Below, in pieces: positions 7,542-18,106 of a DNA stretch of 64,000 nt. Positions within the stretch are counted from its first letter, which is position 1; every line of letters begins with the position of its first letter. The position numbers and the translations under genes were made by a program. This DNA comes from Longimicrobiales bacterium. Lineage in GTDB: Bacteria > Gemmatimonadota > Gemmatimonadetes > Longimicrobiales > Gaopeijiaceae. The DNA lies in assembly GCA_965202805.1 (NCBI GenBank), contig OZ241869.1, positions 1,600,001 through 1,664,000 on the forward strand, in the 5' to 3' direction. Below the pieces are notes generated by a model. That model was given only the letters and a program-made list of their open reading frames with translations. It was not told where the DNA came from and did not search any database.

Positions 7542-10484
7542 TCAGGGCACCTGGTTCTCCGGATACAGGACGACCTTCACGAACCGGTCGTCACGCAGGT
7601 ACCGGAGCGCGGCCTCCTGCACCTGGTCCGCCGTCCATCCCTCGATGAACTCGTACGAGGTCACGTAGCCGTAGTCCACGCCAAGCTGGTCCAGGCGCTG
7701 AAGACGGCCCAGCCAGTAGCGGTTCTGCTCCAGCTGGGTCTCCTTGTTGCGCCGCTGGGTCTCGCGCACCTTCTCCACGGTCTCGGCGTCGGGGCCCTCC
7801 AGTTGCAGCCTGTCGATCTCGTCGAACACCACGGCCGCCAGCTCCGCGGCCCGTTCCGGCGCCGACCCGAAGCTGATGCGGACGGAGTACTCCTGGTCCG
7901 GGCGATTGGAGAGGAAACCGCTTACGCCCACGCCGTAGGTCCCGCCCAGATCCTCGCGCAGCAACTCGCGAAGGCGGATGTCCAGCACGTCGGCGAGCGC
8001 GGAGATCGCCATCTCCTCCTCCCGCGAAAACTCCGCATCTCCCGCAAAGACGATCCGCGTCTGGCTCTGGGGTTCGAGCCCCTTGCGCACCTCTCTTTCG
8101 ATCACGCCCTCGGGAGGATCGATTCCGACGTCCCGCCAGGTCTCCACGCGCCCCAGGCTCGGGAGTCCTCCGAGCCAGGTTTCCACCAGCGGCCGGATCT
8201 CCTCCGGCGCGAACGCGCCCACGAAGTAGAAGACGAAGTCGCTCGCGTCGGCGAACCGATCCTGGTAGAGGGCGAAGGAAGCGTCCAGATCCAGCTGCTC
8301 GATCATCTCGTCGTCCGGCGGGCGCGCGCGCGGATGCCCCTGCGTCATGATCATGGACACCGTGTCCCCAAGCGCGGCGGCGGGGCTGGCCCCCCGGTTG
8401 GCGAAGATCCCGGAGAGGAGCGTCTTGTAGGCCGCGAACGCGGTTTCGTCCTTTCTCGGGGCCACGAAGCGCTGGTAGATGAGCTGGAAGGCGGTCTCGA
8501 TGTCGCGCGGAGAAGCGCTGCCGCTGATGCTCTCGGTCAACCCTCCCACGCTCGCGGAGACGCGGACGTCCTGGCCCGCCAGCTTCTTCTCGAGCGCAAG
8601 CTTGTCGAATTCCCCGATTCCGCCCTCCACAACGACCGCCGAAGCCATGCGAACCGCCGCGAACTCCTCGTCCGGGACCAGCGAGCTGCCCCCGGGGCTG
8701 GTCGCCGCAAAGAGGATCTCGTCGTCCCGGAAGTCCGTCGGCCTGAGGACCACGCGCACGCCGTTCCCGAGGGTCCACACCGTCACCCCCGCCTCCTCCA
8801 CCACTTCCTCGCCGACCACCGGCGATCCATCGGGAATCGCGGCCACCAGCGGCGCGTCGACCGCGGCGTCCACCCAGGGTTCGATTTCCCTCTCTGCCAC
8901 CGACGCGAACACACCCTGGATGTTCTCCTCCGTGGGCACCTCCAGGTCCGGCTTCTCGGGGGCGTTGGCCATGACCACGCGTCCCCGCTCCTGCAGCCAC
9001 TCCCCGGCCAGGCCGTTGACTTCGTCCAGCGTGATCGCCGGCAGAAGCGCGTTCGCCAGCTCCAGCTCGTCCTCGGGGCTGGTGAAGGCGGTGCCGGTCA
9101 GAAAGGCCTGGACATAGCGGCCCGCCAGGCTGGCGGACTCCTGGTTCTCGCGTTCGGCGAAACGGCGTTCGAAGGCGCGCGTGACCTCGGCCTTCCGGCG
9201 TTCGAACTCCGTCGCGGTGAACCCGTGGCGCCGGACGCGCTCGGCCTCCGTGAGCAGCGCGTCCAGTCCGCGCTCGAGCCCGCCGTCCGGCACCAGCGCG
9301 AGGAGCTGGTACATGTCCAGCGCGCGCACGAAGCTCCCTCCGGCCGGGAAGGCGATGAGGAAGGGCGGGTCGGCCTGCTGCGTCAGCTCCTCGAGGCGCG
9401 CCGCCATCATGCCCTCGTACAGGTCCTCGGTGATGCCGCGGCGGAAGGCGGCCACGGTGCCCCGCGGCGCCACCGGCCTCTTGTACAGCACCGACACCTG
9501 CGACTGCAACGCCTCGACGTCGGTCGCGATGGCCACCCGCGGCGGGTGGTCGAAGGGCACCTCCAGCGTCTCGCGCGGGCGGGGATCGGCAGGGGACACG
9601 AGGCCCTCGAACCGGCTCCGGATCATGCCCTCGATGGCTTCCCCGTCGAAGTCCCCCACGGCGACCACCGCCATGAGATCGGGCCGGTACCAGTCCTCGT
9701 AGAACCGCTGGAGTACCGAGGCGGGAGCCGTTTCCAGCACTTCCGTCTTCCCGATCGGCAGGCGGTCCGCGTAGAGGGAGCCCTCGAACAGGATGGGAAG
9801 CTGGGCGTCGAACATCCGGGCCTGCGCCCCCCGCCCGAGCCGCCACTCCTCGATCACCACTCCGCGCTCGGCGTCCACCTCCTCGGGGTCGAAGACCACG
9901 CCGCGGGACCAGTCCTGGAGGATCTGGAACGCCGTCTCCAGCACTTCCGGATCATCCATGGGGATGCGCAGCATGTAGACGGTCTCGTCGAAGCTGGTGT
10001 AGGCGTTGATGTGGGGACCGAACTGCATCCCGATCGACTCCAGGTAGTCGATCAGTTCCTGCTTCTCGAAGTTCTCGGTGCCGTTGAAGGCCATGTGCTC
10101 GGTGAAGTGGGCCAGACCGAGCTGGTCCTCGTCCTCCAGGATGGAGCCGGCGTTCACCACCAGCCGAAACTCGGCGCGGTTCTCGGGGGTGCCGTTCTCG
10201 CGCACGTAGTAGCGGAGGCCGTTCTCGAGTTCGCCCACCGTGACTGCGGGGTCGGCCGGGAGCGGGCTGTCCGGCGCCGGCGTCTGCGCCGGCAGCGGGG
10301 CCGGAGCGAGCAGCATCCCGGCCGTGACGAGCCCGAAGGCAACGCAGAGGCGGGCGATCCGGCGCGGATGCATCGCCGCCCGAATGCCGGGAGGAGATTG
10401 TCCACGGGCTGCCAGAGCAGCGCGGGCCATGCTCGAGCGCACGGAGGGGGAACGGAGCGGTAAGGTTCTCGCGAGGCTGTTCAT
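7542..10484 (-). CDS. M16 family zinc protease (insulinase, PqqL-like)
   Basis: HFTEH inverted Zn motif, NAYTSFDETVY, WYRPD, LREDLGGTY; start ambiguous (10484 with GAGGA RBS, or 10373). Confidence 0.92.
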   Translation of the reverse strand: MNSLARTLPLRSPSVRSSMARAALAARGQSPPGIRAAMHPRRIARLCVAFGLVTAGMLLAPAPLPAQTPAPDSPLPADPAVTVGELENGLRYYVRENGTPENRAEFRLVVNAGSILEDEDQLGLAHFTEHMAFNGTENFEKQELIDYLESIGMQFGPHINAYTSFDETVYMLRIPMDDPEVLETAFQILQDWSRGVVFDPEEVDAERGVVIEEWRLGRGAQARMFDAQLPILFEGSLYADRLPIGKTEVLETAPASVLQRFYEDWYRPDLMAVVAVGDFDGEAIEGMIRSRFEGLVSPADPRPRETLEVPFDHPPRVAIATDVEALQSQVSVLYKRPVAPRGTVAAFRRGITEDLYEGMMAARLEELTQQADPPFLIAFPAGGSFVRALDMYQLLALVPDGGLERGLDALLTEAERVRRHGFTATEFERRKAEVTRAFERRFAERENQESASLAGRYVQAFLTGTAFTSPEDELELANALLPAITLDEVNGLAGEWLQERGRVVMANAPEKPDLEVPTEENIQGVFASVAEREIEPWVDAAVDAPLVAAIPDGSPVVGEEVVEEAGVTVWTLGNGVRVVLRPTDFRDDEILFAATSPGGSSLVPDEEFAAVRMASAVVVEGGIGEFDKLALEKKLAGQDVRVSASVGGLTESISGSASPRDIETAFQLIYQRFVAPRKDETAFAAYKTLLSGIFANRGASPAAALGDTVSMIMTQGHPRARPPDDEMIEQLDLDASFALYQDRFADASDFVFYFVGAFAPEEIRPLVETWLGGLPSLGRVETWRDVGIDPPEGVIEREVRKGLEPQSQTRIVFAGDAEFSREEEMAISALADVLDIRLRELLREDLGGTYGVGVSGFLSNRPDQEYSVRISFGSAPERAAELAAVVFDEIDRLQLEGPDAETVEKVRETQRRNKETQLEQNRYWLGRLQRLDQLGVDYGYVTSYEFIEGWTADQVQEAALRYLRDDRFVKVVLYPENQVP

Positions 10485-10640
10485 GCTCTTCCTCGTGGGT
10501 TTGCAGGGGAGGTCACCCGGAACGCGGCCGGGGACAGTTCCCGTTTCTACACGGAACGCGCGTGCGACAATAATGATCGCGTGACCCGCATCACCAAGGC
10601 AACGCCGGGAAGCCGGTCGTTTGCGGGCCGACCCTTCGTG

Positions 10641-10653
10641 GCAAGGATCGGGT
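10641..10653 (+). promoter_or_regulatory. Candidate Ada-box-like site
   Basis: GCAAGGATCGGGT upstream of the alkyltransferase gene resembles GCAAGA-type Ada boxes; by-eye match only. Confidence 0.3.
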
Positions 10654-10729
10654 CGATTTCCCGGGGCGGAACCATCAGCTTATGGCGAACGCGCGGCCCA
10701 ACGACCCTTACCTGAGGCATCGGCTCAAC

Positions 10730-11572
10730 ATGACCGACTACGACCGAATCGAGTCCGCCATCCGCTACCTCGACAGCCATCGCGCGCGCCAGCCGGAGCT
10801 CGCGGAGCTGGCGGCACACGTCGGGCTCAGCCCGGGTCATCTGCATCGGCTGTTCTCCCGGTGGGCCGGGGTCACGCCGAAGCGTTTTCTGGAGTTCCTC
10901 ACCGTCCGGCACGCCAGGAAACTGCTCGACAATTCCGAATCGGTCCTCTCGGCGGCCTACGGAAGCGGGCTCTCCGGCCCGGGGCGGCTGCACGATCACT
11001 TCGTGGCGGTGGAGGCTGCAACGCCGGGGGAGTACCGCAGACGGGGCGCCGGACTGCGCATCGGTTTCGGTACGGGAGATTCCCCGTTCGGGCCCGTCTT
11101 TGTCGCGTGGACGGACCGCGGACTGTGCCGGGTCTCGTTTGCCGGTGCCCGGGATGTCGCCGCGGAGCAGGAAGCACTCCGCCAGACCTGGGGGCGGGCG
11201 GTGCTGGAAGCCGACGAGTCTCGGGCCATGTCGCTCGCGCGGACGATCTTCGCGGCGCCGTTCGATGCGGACTCCGGCCCTCTGACCGTTCATGTGCGCG
11301 GGACGAACTTCCAGCTCGCCGTGTGGCGCGCCCTGCTGCGCATACCCACCGGGGGCGTCACGACGTACGGCCGCCTCGCCGCGGAAGTCTGCAGCGCCCG
11401 GGCGGCGCGCGCGACGGGCAATGCGGTCGGCAGCAACCCCATCTCCTTCCTTATCCCCTGCCATCGGGTGATTCGCGCCACCGGCGAGTCGGGGAACTAT
11501 GGCGGGGGTCCCTCGCGCAAGCGCTGCATGCTCGGGTGGGAAGCCAGCCGCCAGGCGGTGCGCGCGACCTGA
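10730..11572 (+). CDS. AraC-HTH / methylated-DNA--protein-cysteine methyltransferase (Ada/Ogt family)
   Basis: LSPGHLHRLF...GVTPKRF HTH; GTNFQLAVW, IPCHRVI active site; no N-terminal Ada Zn-Cys domain. Confidence 0.92.
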   Translation: MTDYDRIESAIRYLDSHRARQPELAELAAHVGLSPGHLHRLFSRWAGVTPKRFLEFLTVRHARKLLDNSESVLSAAYGSGLSGPGRLHDHFVAVEAATPGEYRRRGAGLRIGFGTGDSPFGPVFVAWTDRGLCRVSFAGARDVAAEQEALRQTWGRAVLEADESRAMSLARTIFAAPFDADSGPLTVHVRGTNFQLAVWRALLRIPTGGVTTYGRLAAEVCSARAARATGNAVGSNPISFLIPCHRVIRATGESGNYGGGPSRKRCMLGWEASRQAVRAT

Positions 11573-11721
11573 CTCGGCGGGAGAATCCACGTTCTCGTGC
11601 TGGTGCGCCGGGGACCGGAAGCGGCTATGTTCGCCGCCCACTACCATCGACAACCCCATCTTCCCGGGACCTTCGGCACCCGAGCCGGGTGGCCGCCCGG
11701 GGAGCCCGGATCCCGCCCCGC

Positions 11722-12504
11722 ATGAAGATCGCGACCTGGAACGTCAATTCCATCAACGCCCGCCGCGAACGGGTGCTGACCTGGCTGCGCCTGCATCAGC
11801 CCGATGTCCTGTGCCTGCAGGAGCTGAAGGTCACCGGCGACGCCTTTCCCCTGGATGCGATCGAGGAGCTGGGCTACTGCGCCGCCGTGTACGGACAGCG
11901 CACCTATAACGGCGTGGCCATCCTGAGCCGCTCACAGCCGCGCGACATCGAGGTGGGCATGGGGCCCGGCGACCGCGACCCGCAGGCGCGGCTGGTGGCG
12001 GCCACCGTGGACGGCGTCCGCGTGCTCTCGGCCTACGTCCCCAACGGGGCCCGCGTGGGCACCGACAAGTACGGCTACAAGCTGGACTGGCTGCGGCGCC
12101 TGCGGGAGCATCTGGAGCAGACCGCTTCTCCCTCCGAGGCACTGGTGCTGGCCGGCGACTTCAACGTCGCGCCGCGAGACACGGACGTGAACCAGCTGGA
12201 GGACTGGAGGGACAGCGTGCTGTGTCACTACGCGGCGCGGGACGCGCTCGAGCGCATTCGCGACTGGGGGCTCCGCGACGTCTTCGAGCGGCATCACCCC
12301 GAAGGGTCGATCTACACCTGGTGGGCGTATCAGAGGCTTGCCTTCCCGCGCAACAACGGGCTGCGCATCGACCACATCTACGCCACCGAGAGCCTCGCCA
12401 CGCACTCGACCGACGCCTTCGTGGACCGGGAGGCGCGCAAGAAGGGGCCCTTTGTCGAGAAGCCCTCGGACCACGCCCCGGTGGTCGCGGAATTCGAGGT
12501 CTGA
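11722..12504 (+). CDS. xth: Exodeoxyribonuclease III
   Basis: MKIATWNVNS, LQELK, YNGVA, YVPNG, GDFN, YTWW, GLRIDH, SDHAP. Confidence 0.95.
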   Translation: MKIATWNVNSINARRERVLTWLRLHQPDVLCLQELKVTGDAFPLDAIEELGYCAAVYGQRTYNGVAILSRSQPRDIEVGMGPGDRDPQARLVAATVDGVRVLSAYVPNGARVGTDKYGYKLDWLRRLREHLEQTASPSEALVLAGDFNVAPRDTDVNQLEDWRDSVLCHYAARDALERIRDWGLRDVFERHHPEGSIYTWWAYQRLAFPRNNGLRIDHIYATESLATHSTDAFVDREARKKGPFVEKPSDHAPVVAEFEV

Positions 12505-12587
12505 ATGGGGGGTTCGCCGCCCGGATGCGGCCGCCCGGGCCGGGGTTCCCGCCCCAAGCCCGTCGGTAGCCGGCTTCGGCCCCGGAA

Positions 12588-14822
12588 TCAGGCGCCTGCC
12601 ACCAGCCTCCAGGTCTGGGCCACCAGGAAGCACACCACGAACCCGATCCCCAGCGGCGCCAGAGCCGAGACCGTGGTCCACTTCACGCTCCCGGTCTCCT
12701 TGTAGATGGTGTACAGGGTGGTGGAGCAGGGATTGTGCAGCAGGCTGAAGAGCATGAGGCACACGCCGGTGAGCAGCGTCCATCCGCCCGCCGACAGCAG
12801 GGTTGCGACGTCCGTCGCCGAACTCAGCTCGAACATGACCCCGGCCCCCTCTCCGGCGCCCGCGATGCCCGCGGTCAGCACGGTGAGCATGAGGATCGTG
12901 GGGATGACGATCTCGTTGGCGGGGATCGCGACCAGGTAGGCCAGCAGGATCACCCCGTTCAGCCCCAGCAGCACGCCCAGGGGATTCGACCAGGTCACGA
13001 AGTTCTCGGCCAGACTCGCGTCGCCCACGACGATGTTGGACGTGAGCCAGATCACCGCGCCGGCGGGCATGGCGAACACGACCGCGCGCCAGAGCACGAT
13101 CAGGGTCCGGTCGATGAGCGAGGTGTAGAGGGTCTGCAGGATGCGCGGCGGCCGGTACGGGGGAAGCTCCAGGCTGAAGGTCGAGGCTTCGCCGCGCAGC
13201 AGGGTCTTCGAGAGCAGCCACGAGGTTGCGAACATGAAGACGATGCCCAGCACGGCCACCCCGACCACGGCGGTCGCCGAGACCAGGCCGGCCAGGTGCG
13301 CGGGCGCGACGGCGCCGATGAAGATGGTCGCGATCAGGATCTGCGTGGGCCAGCGGCCGTTGCAGAGCGAGAAGTTGTTGGTGACGATGGCCAGCAGGCG
13401 TTCGCGCGGACTGTCGATGATGCGCGTCGCCACCACCCCCGCGGCGTTGCAGCCGAACCCCATGCTCATGGTGAGCGCCTGCTTGCCGTGCGCGCCCACC
13501 CTGCGGAAGAGGCCGTCGAGGTTGAAGGCCACGCGCGGCAGGTAGCCGAAGTCCTCCAGCAGGGTGAAGAGCGGGAAGAAGATCGCCATGGGCGGCAGCA
13601 TGACGCTCACCACCCATGCCGTGGCCAGATACACCCCGTCGAAGAGGAACCCCGAGAGCCACCACGGCATGGAGAGCGCGGAGCCGGCCCCGACCAGCCA
13701 GGGGTGGACCTGGTCGACGAGCAGGGTGGCGAGCAGCGAGGACGGGACATTGGCCCCCGCGATGGTGAGCCAGAACACGACCGTGAGGACGAGCAGCATG
13801 ACCGGGAATCCGGTCCAGCGGCTGGTCAGGGCGCGGTCGAGGGTGCGGTCCAGGTCGAAGCCGACGCGGCGCAGCCCCCTGACTTCCGAGGCCCGCGCAA
13901 TGCGTTCCGATTCGCGGTAGAAGCCGGTCACCAGGGCATCGTGGACGTCCGTGGGGAGCTTCCAGCGCAACCGGGAGGCCAGCTCGAGGACCTGTTCGCG
14001 CGCGGGTCCCGTGTTCTCCCGCGCCTGCGGGCGGGCGGGCGCCGCCCCTTCCCGCCCGGCCTCGCCGATGTCCCCGGCACGCACCGCCTCCTGCACGCGT
14101 TCGTCCGCGTTGAGCAGGCGCAGCGCCACCCAGCGTGCGTTGGGGAGTCCGGGGAAGGCCGCCTCGATCGCGGGCGCGAGGGCGGAGACCGCGCGCTCCA
14201 CCTCGGGCGCGTGCGTGGCGGCCCGCAAGGGGGTCGTGGCCGTCGCGCCGGTCGCCATTTCGTGCACCGCGCGCATCAACTCGTCGATGCCCTCGCCCCG
14301 CCGGGCCACCGTGGCGACCACCGGCACCCCCAGTTCGCGCGCAAGCTTCTTCTCGTCGACCGCGATGCCGTGCCGGCGCGCCTCGTCCACCAGATTCAGG
14401 CAGACCACCACCCGGGAGGTGATCTCCAGGATCTGGAGCGCCAGGTTGAGGTTGCGTTCGAGTCGGGTGGCGTCAACCACCACCACGGTCACGTCGGGGC
14501 GCCCGAACAGGAGGAAGTCGCGCGCGACCTCTTCGTCGGTGCTGCCCGCCTGCAGGGAGTAGGTCCCGGGAAGATCGACCACCTTGACCCGGTGCTCGTC
14601 GTGCAGGAAGGCGCCCTCGGAGCGCACGACCGTCTTGCCCGGCCAGTTGCCGGTGTGCTGGCGGAGCCCGGTGAGCGCGTTGAACACCGTGCTCTTTCCC
14701 GTATTGGGGTTGCCCGCCAGGGCCACCAGGTAGTCCCACCGGCCGGGATGGATTCCGAGCTTCACCAGTCGGGGCTCGTGGTCCGCGCCACACCCCCTCC
14801 GCCGGCGCGCGCGCGCGATCAT
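12588..14822 (-). CDS. feoB: Ferrous iron transport protein B
   Basis: [46 protein letters not shown] overlap with the upstream gene. Confidence 0.95.
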   Translation of the reverse strand: MIARARRRRGCGADHEPRLVKLGIHPGRWDYLVALAGNPNTGKSTVFNALTGLRQHTGNWPGKTVVRSEGAFLHDEHRVKVVDLPGTYSLQAGSTDEEVARDFLLFGRPDVTVVVVDATRLERNLNLALQILEITSRVVVCLNLVDEARRHGIAVDEKKLARELGVPVVATVARRGEGIDELMRAVHEMATGATATTPLRAATHAPEVERAVSALAPAIEAAFPGLPNARWVALRLLNADERVQEAVRAGDIGEAGREGAAPARPQARENTGPAREQVLELASRLRWKLPTDVHDALVTGFYRESERIARASEVRGLRRVGFDLDRTLDRALTSRWTGFPVMLLVLTVVFWLTIAGANVPSSLLATLLVDQVHPWLVGAGSALSMPWWLSGFLFDGVYLATAWVVSVMLPPMAIFFPLFTLLEDFGYLPRVAFNLDGLFRRVGAHGKQALTMSMGFGCNAAGVVATRIIDSPRERLLAIVTNNFSLCNGRWPTQILIATIFIGAVAPAHLAGLVSATAVVGVAVLGIVFMFATSWLLSKTLLRGEASTFSLELPPYRPPRILQTLYTSLIDRTLIVLWRAVVFAMPAGAVIWLTSNIVVGDASLAENFVTWSNPLGVLLGLNGVILLAYLVAIPANEIVIPTILMLTVLTAGIAGAGEGAGVMFELSSATDVATLLSAGGWTLLTGVCLMLFSLLHNPCSTTLYTIYKETGSVKWTTVSALAPLGIGFVVCFLVAQTWRLVAGA

Positions 14823-15994
14823 GGAGATGCCGCTTCGCGGCTGCGGGGCGGCGCGGGGGGGTCGGCCGGCAACCCGGGCGCGGGCCGCGATGTTGGCGGG
14901 GCCGCCACGGCCGCCGTGGATGCGATCGCCGGCGCGGGCGCGATCTCCACCCGGGACGCCTGCCCTGCCGCCTCATCAGCCCCGGGCGCGATCTCCACCC
15001 GGGACGCCTGCTCCTTCCTGAGCGCGATGGTCGCGCCCCGGATCTGGTAGGCGGTGGGGTCGCCGCCCGCCCCGCGCAAGGTCGCGCGCACGGGCGTGCC
15101 GGGAACGACGCCCAGATCCAGCAGACGGCGTCGGGCAGGGCCCTGGCAGGCGGGCGCAATGCGGTCCACGACGCCGGTCTCGCCGAGCGCCAGCCCGGCG
15201 AGCGTCCTGGGCGGTTCGGACGGCACCACCATGTCCTCGGCCGGTTCCACCGTAACGCTCGCCGCCGCAACCGGATCGAGAAGGTGTTCCCTCCCCTGCG
15301 ACAGGAAGCGGACCCCCGTCGGCGAGACGTCCGCGACCCGGATCTCCATGCCCGGAGAGAGTCCCTCCGCCAGCAACTCCAGGTAGATCTCGCGCGGCTC
15401 GTCCTCCAGATGAACGATGCGCCCGCCCGCCCCCGCGCGCAGCTGCGTGAGGGTGACCCCGGTGCGGGGCGGCACCTCGCCCCCGGCAGTCGGAATGGGA
15501 TCGCCGTGGGGGTCGAAGCGGGGATGACCCAGGCGCGCTGCCAGCTCATCCGTTTCCGCCTCCGACATGCGGTGCTCCCGGACCTCCGCCTGCGCGTGCC
15601 AGTCGGCCTCCGCCACACCCGTGCGGTCGGCCAGATAACGCTCCCACAACCGGTGCGTTCGCACGACCCGGAGGGCGTAGGACCTGCCCGGCCCGGTCAG
15701 GGAAACGGCCGCACCCTGCGCCTCGGCCAACCCCAGTTCGCACAGGCGGGTCACCAGGCGCCCGGCGCTTCCCCGGCTCATCCCCAGCCCACCCGCCAGG
15801 CTCTCGAGCGTGGAGGGCAGAGCCAGGTACTCGCAGTTGAAGAGATGCTTCAGCGCATCCTCGATTCGAACCCGCTCCGTCATGCGCGCGGCACCGAGGG
15901 CCCGTGCCAGCAGCCCATTGCCCGGCCACAGCAGTCCAGCGCAAGCGACCGCCGCCAGGGCGAAGACGAGAAGCGCGAATCCGGGATCGATCAT
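14819..15994 (-). CDS. DtxR/MntR-family metalloregulator with N-terminal TM helix and two FeoA domains
   Basis: Hydrophobic N-terminus; [33 protein letters not shown]; FeoA repeats ([21 protein letters not shown]...GDP...IALRKEQA). Alternative GTG start at 16054. Confidence 0.88.
   Translation of the reverse strand: MIDPGFALLVFALAAVACAGLLWPGNGLLARALGAARMTERVRIEDALKHLFNCEYLALPSTLESLAGGLGMSRGSAGRLVTRLCELGLAEAQGAAVSLTGPGRSYALRVVRTHRLWERYLADRTGVAEADWHAQAEVREHRMSEAETDELAARLGHPRFDPHGDPIPTAGGEVPPRTGVTLTQLRAGAGGRIVHLEDEPREIYLELLAEGLSPGMEIRVADVSPTGVRFLSQGREHLLDPVAAASVTVEPAEDMVVPSEPPRTLAGLALGETGVVDRIAPACQGPARRRLLDLGVVPGTPVRATLRGAGGDPTAYQIRGATIALRKEQASRVEIAPGADEAAGQASRVEIAPAPAIASTAAVAAPPTSRPAPGLPADPPAPPRSREAASP
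14935..15011. repeat. Exact 29-bp direct repeat, 48-bp period, in frame
   Basis: cgggcgcgatctccacccgggacgcctgc at 14935-14963 and 14983-15011; duplicates QASRVEIAP. Confidence 0.9.
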
Positions 15995-16046
15995 GTCCGG
16001 GAACCCCAGCGACGGAGAGACCGGCGAAACCTCTCGCAGGTCTTTT

Positions 16047-16089
16047 GTAGGCACGCCTAAAGAATAAGTTAGGCTAGCCTAATGATCAA
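16047..16089 (-). promoter_or_regulatory. Sigma70-type promoter overlapped by two DtxR-type palindromic operators
   Basis: Minus strand TTGATC (16089-16084), 17-nt spacer, TATTCT (16066-16061); perfect palindrome TTAGGCTAGCCTAA at 16069-16082 and GTAGGCACGCCTAA at 16047-16060, 22 bp apart. Confidence 0.8.
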
Positions 16090-16093
16090 GCGA

Positions 16094-16897
16094 TCAGTGC
16101 CAGAGATGGCGCAGGAAGCGCTCCGGAGCGTTGAGGAAATCGCGCATCAGGTTCACGGCTTCGATCTCCTCGAAACCCGTCTCGCGCACGGGCCGGGCAT
16201 CGAAGTCGTAGATCCGCGCGCCGGGAGCGGCCATCAGGATGGGCGAGTGTGTCGCGATCAGGAACTGGGAATCCTGGTCGACCATGTCGCGCATCATGGC
16301 CATGAAGCCGAGCTGACTCTGAGGAGAGAGCGCGGCCTCGGGTTCGTCCAGGAGATAGAGGCCTCCCGGCACGAAGCGCTCACGAAAGAGCTTCAGAAAG
16401 CCCTCCCCATGGGAGTTCGCGTCCAGGTCGGCCCCATACTTCCGCTCGATGGCCGCGATGGAGCCTGCGGCGGGACCGCGCGCAAGGGTGCGCGCCAGCC
16501 TGGAATGTTCGCGGAATCGCTCATCGACCTCGGCGAGTTCCTGCTGAAACTCGCTCCTCAACCGGGCCATGCGCCGCGCGAAACCAAAGAAGTCCTCGGC
16601 GCGCAGAAAGAAGCCGCGGTGCGTACGCGTCCTCCACGCGAGCCTCAACGTCCTTGCCAGGCGGCGCTGCGGCGCGAGCGTGGGATCCCGGTCCGCGCTC
16701 TTGCTGCCGACGGTGGGAAGCCGGGTTGCCGCGGCCAGCGCCTCGAGCACGGTCGACTTGCCGGAGCCGTTCTCGCCCACCAGCAGCGTCACGGGCTTCC
16801 CGATCTCCATGATCCTGAGCCCCTGCAGGGCCGGGATGTCGAACGGGAATTCATCCGTCCGCCCATCCGTGTCCGGGAAATGAATGCGCTCTAGCAC
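16094..16897 (-). CDS. Stand-alone ABC/AAA ATPase (COG3910-like)
   Basis: GENGSGKST, GFFLRAEDF, SHGEGF, LLDEPEAALSP, ATHSPI; AAGGAG RBS before GTG. Confidence 0.85.
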   Translation of the reverse strand: MLERIHFPDTDGRTDEFPFDIPALQGLRIMEIGKPVTLLVGENGSGKSTVLEALAAATRLPTVGSKSADRDPTLAPQRRLARTLRLAWRTRTHRGFFLRAEDFFGFARRMARLRSEFQQELAEVDERFREHSRLARTLARGPAAGSIAAIERKYGADLDANSHGEGFLKLFRERFVPGGLYLLDEPEAALSPQSQLGFMAMMRDMVDQDSQFLIATHSPILMAAPGARIYDFDARPVRETGFEEIEAVNLMRDFLNAPERFLRHLWH

Positions 16898-16934
16898 GCC
16901 GCGGTGTCTCCTTCCAACATCCTTGCGCCCGTCC

Positions 16935-17843
16935 TCATGCCTTGTCCGGCGTCCGAATCGCCTCCAGTTCCTCCAGCGTGCGCGGCCAGTCCTCCCGCAG
17001 GAGCCTGGAGAGCGCCCTGTCGGCCAACAGCCTGCCCCTTGTCTGACATTCGGGGCAATAGTTCGTCTCGCGGCTGGCATAAACGATGCGCTGAATGGGC
17101 GCGCCACACTGCGGACACGGCTTCCCGAACTTCCCGTGGGCGGCCATGGCCGGATGGAACGCTGTGACCTTTTTCGGAAACGCCCCGCCCGCTTCGGCCC
17201 GGAGGCGCTCGGTCCATTCCCGCAGGGAGACGCGGGTCGCCTCGTACAGGCGGCGGAGTTCCCCCGTCGACAGCCGGCGCGTGAGACGCACGGGCGAGAG
17301 GCGCGCGACGAGCAGGATTTCGTCGGAGTGCGCGTTGCCGATGCCGCTCAGGATCCTCGGGTCGGTGAGGGCCCGCTTGAGCGTGCGGTTCTCGCGAAGG
17401 AGAGCTGCCTGAAAGCCCGGGAAGTCGACCTCCAGGGGTTCGACGCCCCCGGGGTCGAGCCGGTGCAGAGCGTCGTCCCCGCGCACCACCCACATCGACA
17501 TCCGCTTCTTCGTACTCGCCTCGGTCAGCACCAGCGTTCCGTTGGGAAAGTCCAGGGCCCCCGCGGCGCGCTTCCCGGGCAGGGGCGCCCCGACATCCCG
17601 CCACTGGAAACGCCCCGCGATCATCAGGTGGATCACCGCGTGAAGATCGTCGTCCAGGTGCAGCGCGATCCGCTTGCCGATGCGCCCGATGGCGCGCACT
17701 CGCTTCCCCACGAGCTCGGAGACGGGGGGATCGTAGGTCTTGAGCAGCGATGGCGAGCGGAGCCGGACGCGCTCGATCGGCTGCCCGGTGATGCGGGCTT
17801 CGAGCGCGTGCACGTACAGGCATACCTCCGGAAGTTCGGGCAT
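16935..17843 (-). CDS. mutM: Fpg/Nei family DNA glycosylase
   Basis: N-terminal MPELPE, HLMIAG, SGIGNAHSDEIL (H2TH), zinc finger CPQC...YCPECQ. Confidence 0.9.
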   Translation of the reverse strand: MPELPEVCLYVHALEARITGQPIERVRLRSPSLLKTYDPPVSELVGKRVRAIGRIGKRIALHLDDDLHAVIHLMIAGRFQWRDVGAPLPGKRAAGALDFPNGTLVLTEASTKKRMSMWVVRGDDALHRLDPGGVEPLEVDFPGFQAALLRENRTLKRALTDPRILSGIGNAHSDEILLVARLSPVRLTRRLSTGELRRLYEATRVSLREWTERLRAEAGGAFPKKVTAFHPAMAAHGKFGKPCPQCGAPIQRIVYASRETNYCPECQTRGRLLADRALSRLLREDWPRTLEELEAIRTPDKA

Positions 17844-18106
17844 GCCGAAAGATCGATGCTGCGGACGGCGGGGCGCCAGTGGGGGAAGTGCGAGGGCCGT
17901 GCCGCGCTCCGGCAGATCGGGTGCGGCGCAGCGTTGCCGAAAATACCATTCGGCGCGCGCCGAACCCTCGACGCTGTTGCCGCAACCCGCCACCGGCTAC
18001 CGTCATGGGTTGGCGCGCGGCGCCGGGCACCGGGCTCGCGAGCCGGCCCCGACCGGCGTTGAACGCCATCCACCCCATCCCTCCACGCAGCCAGGGGCCA
18101 TCTTCC

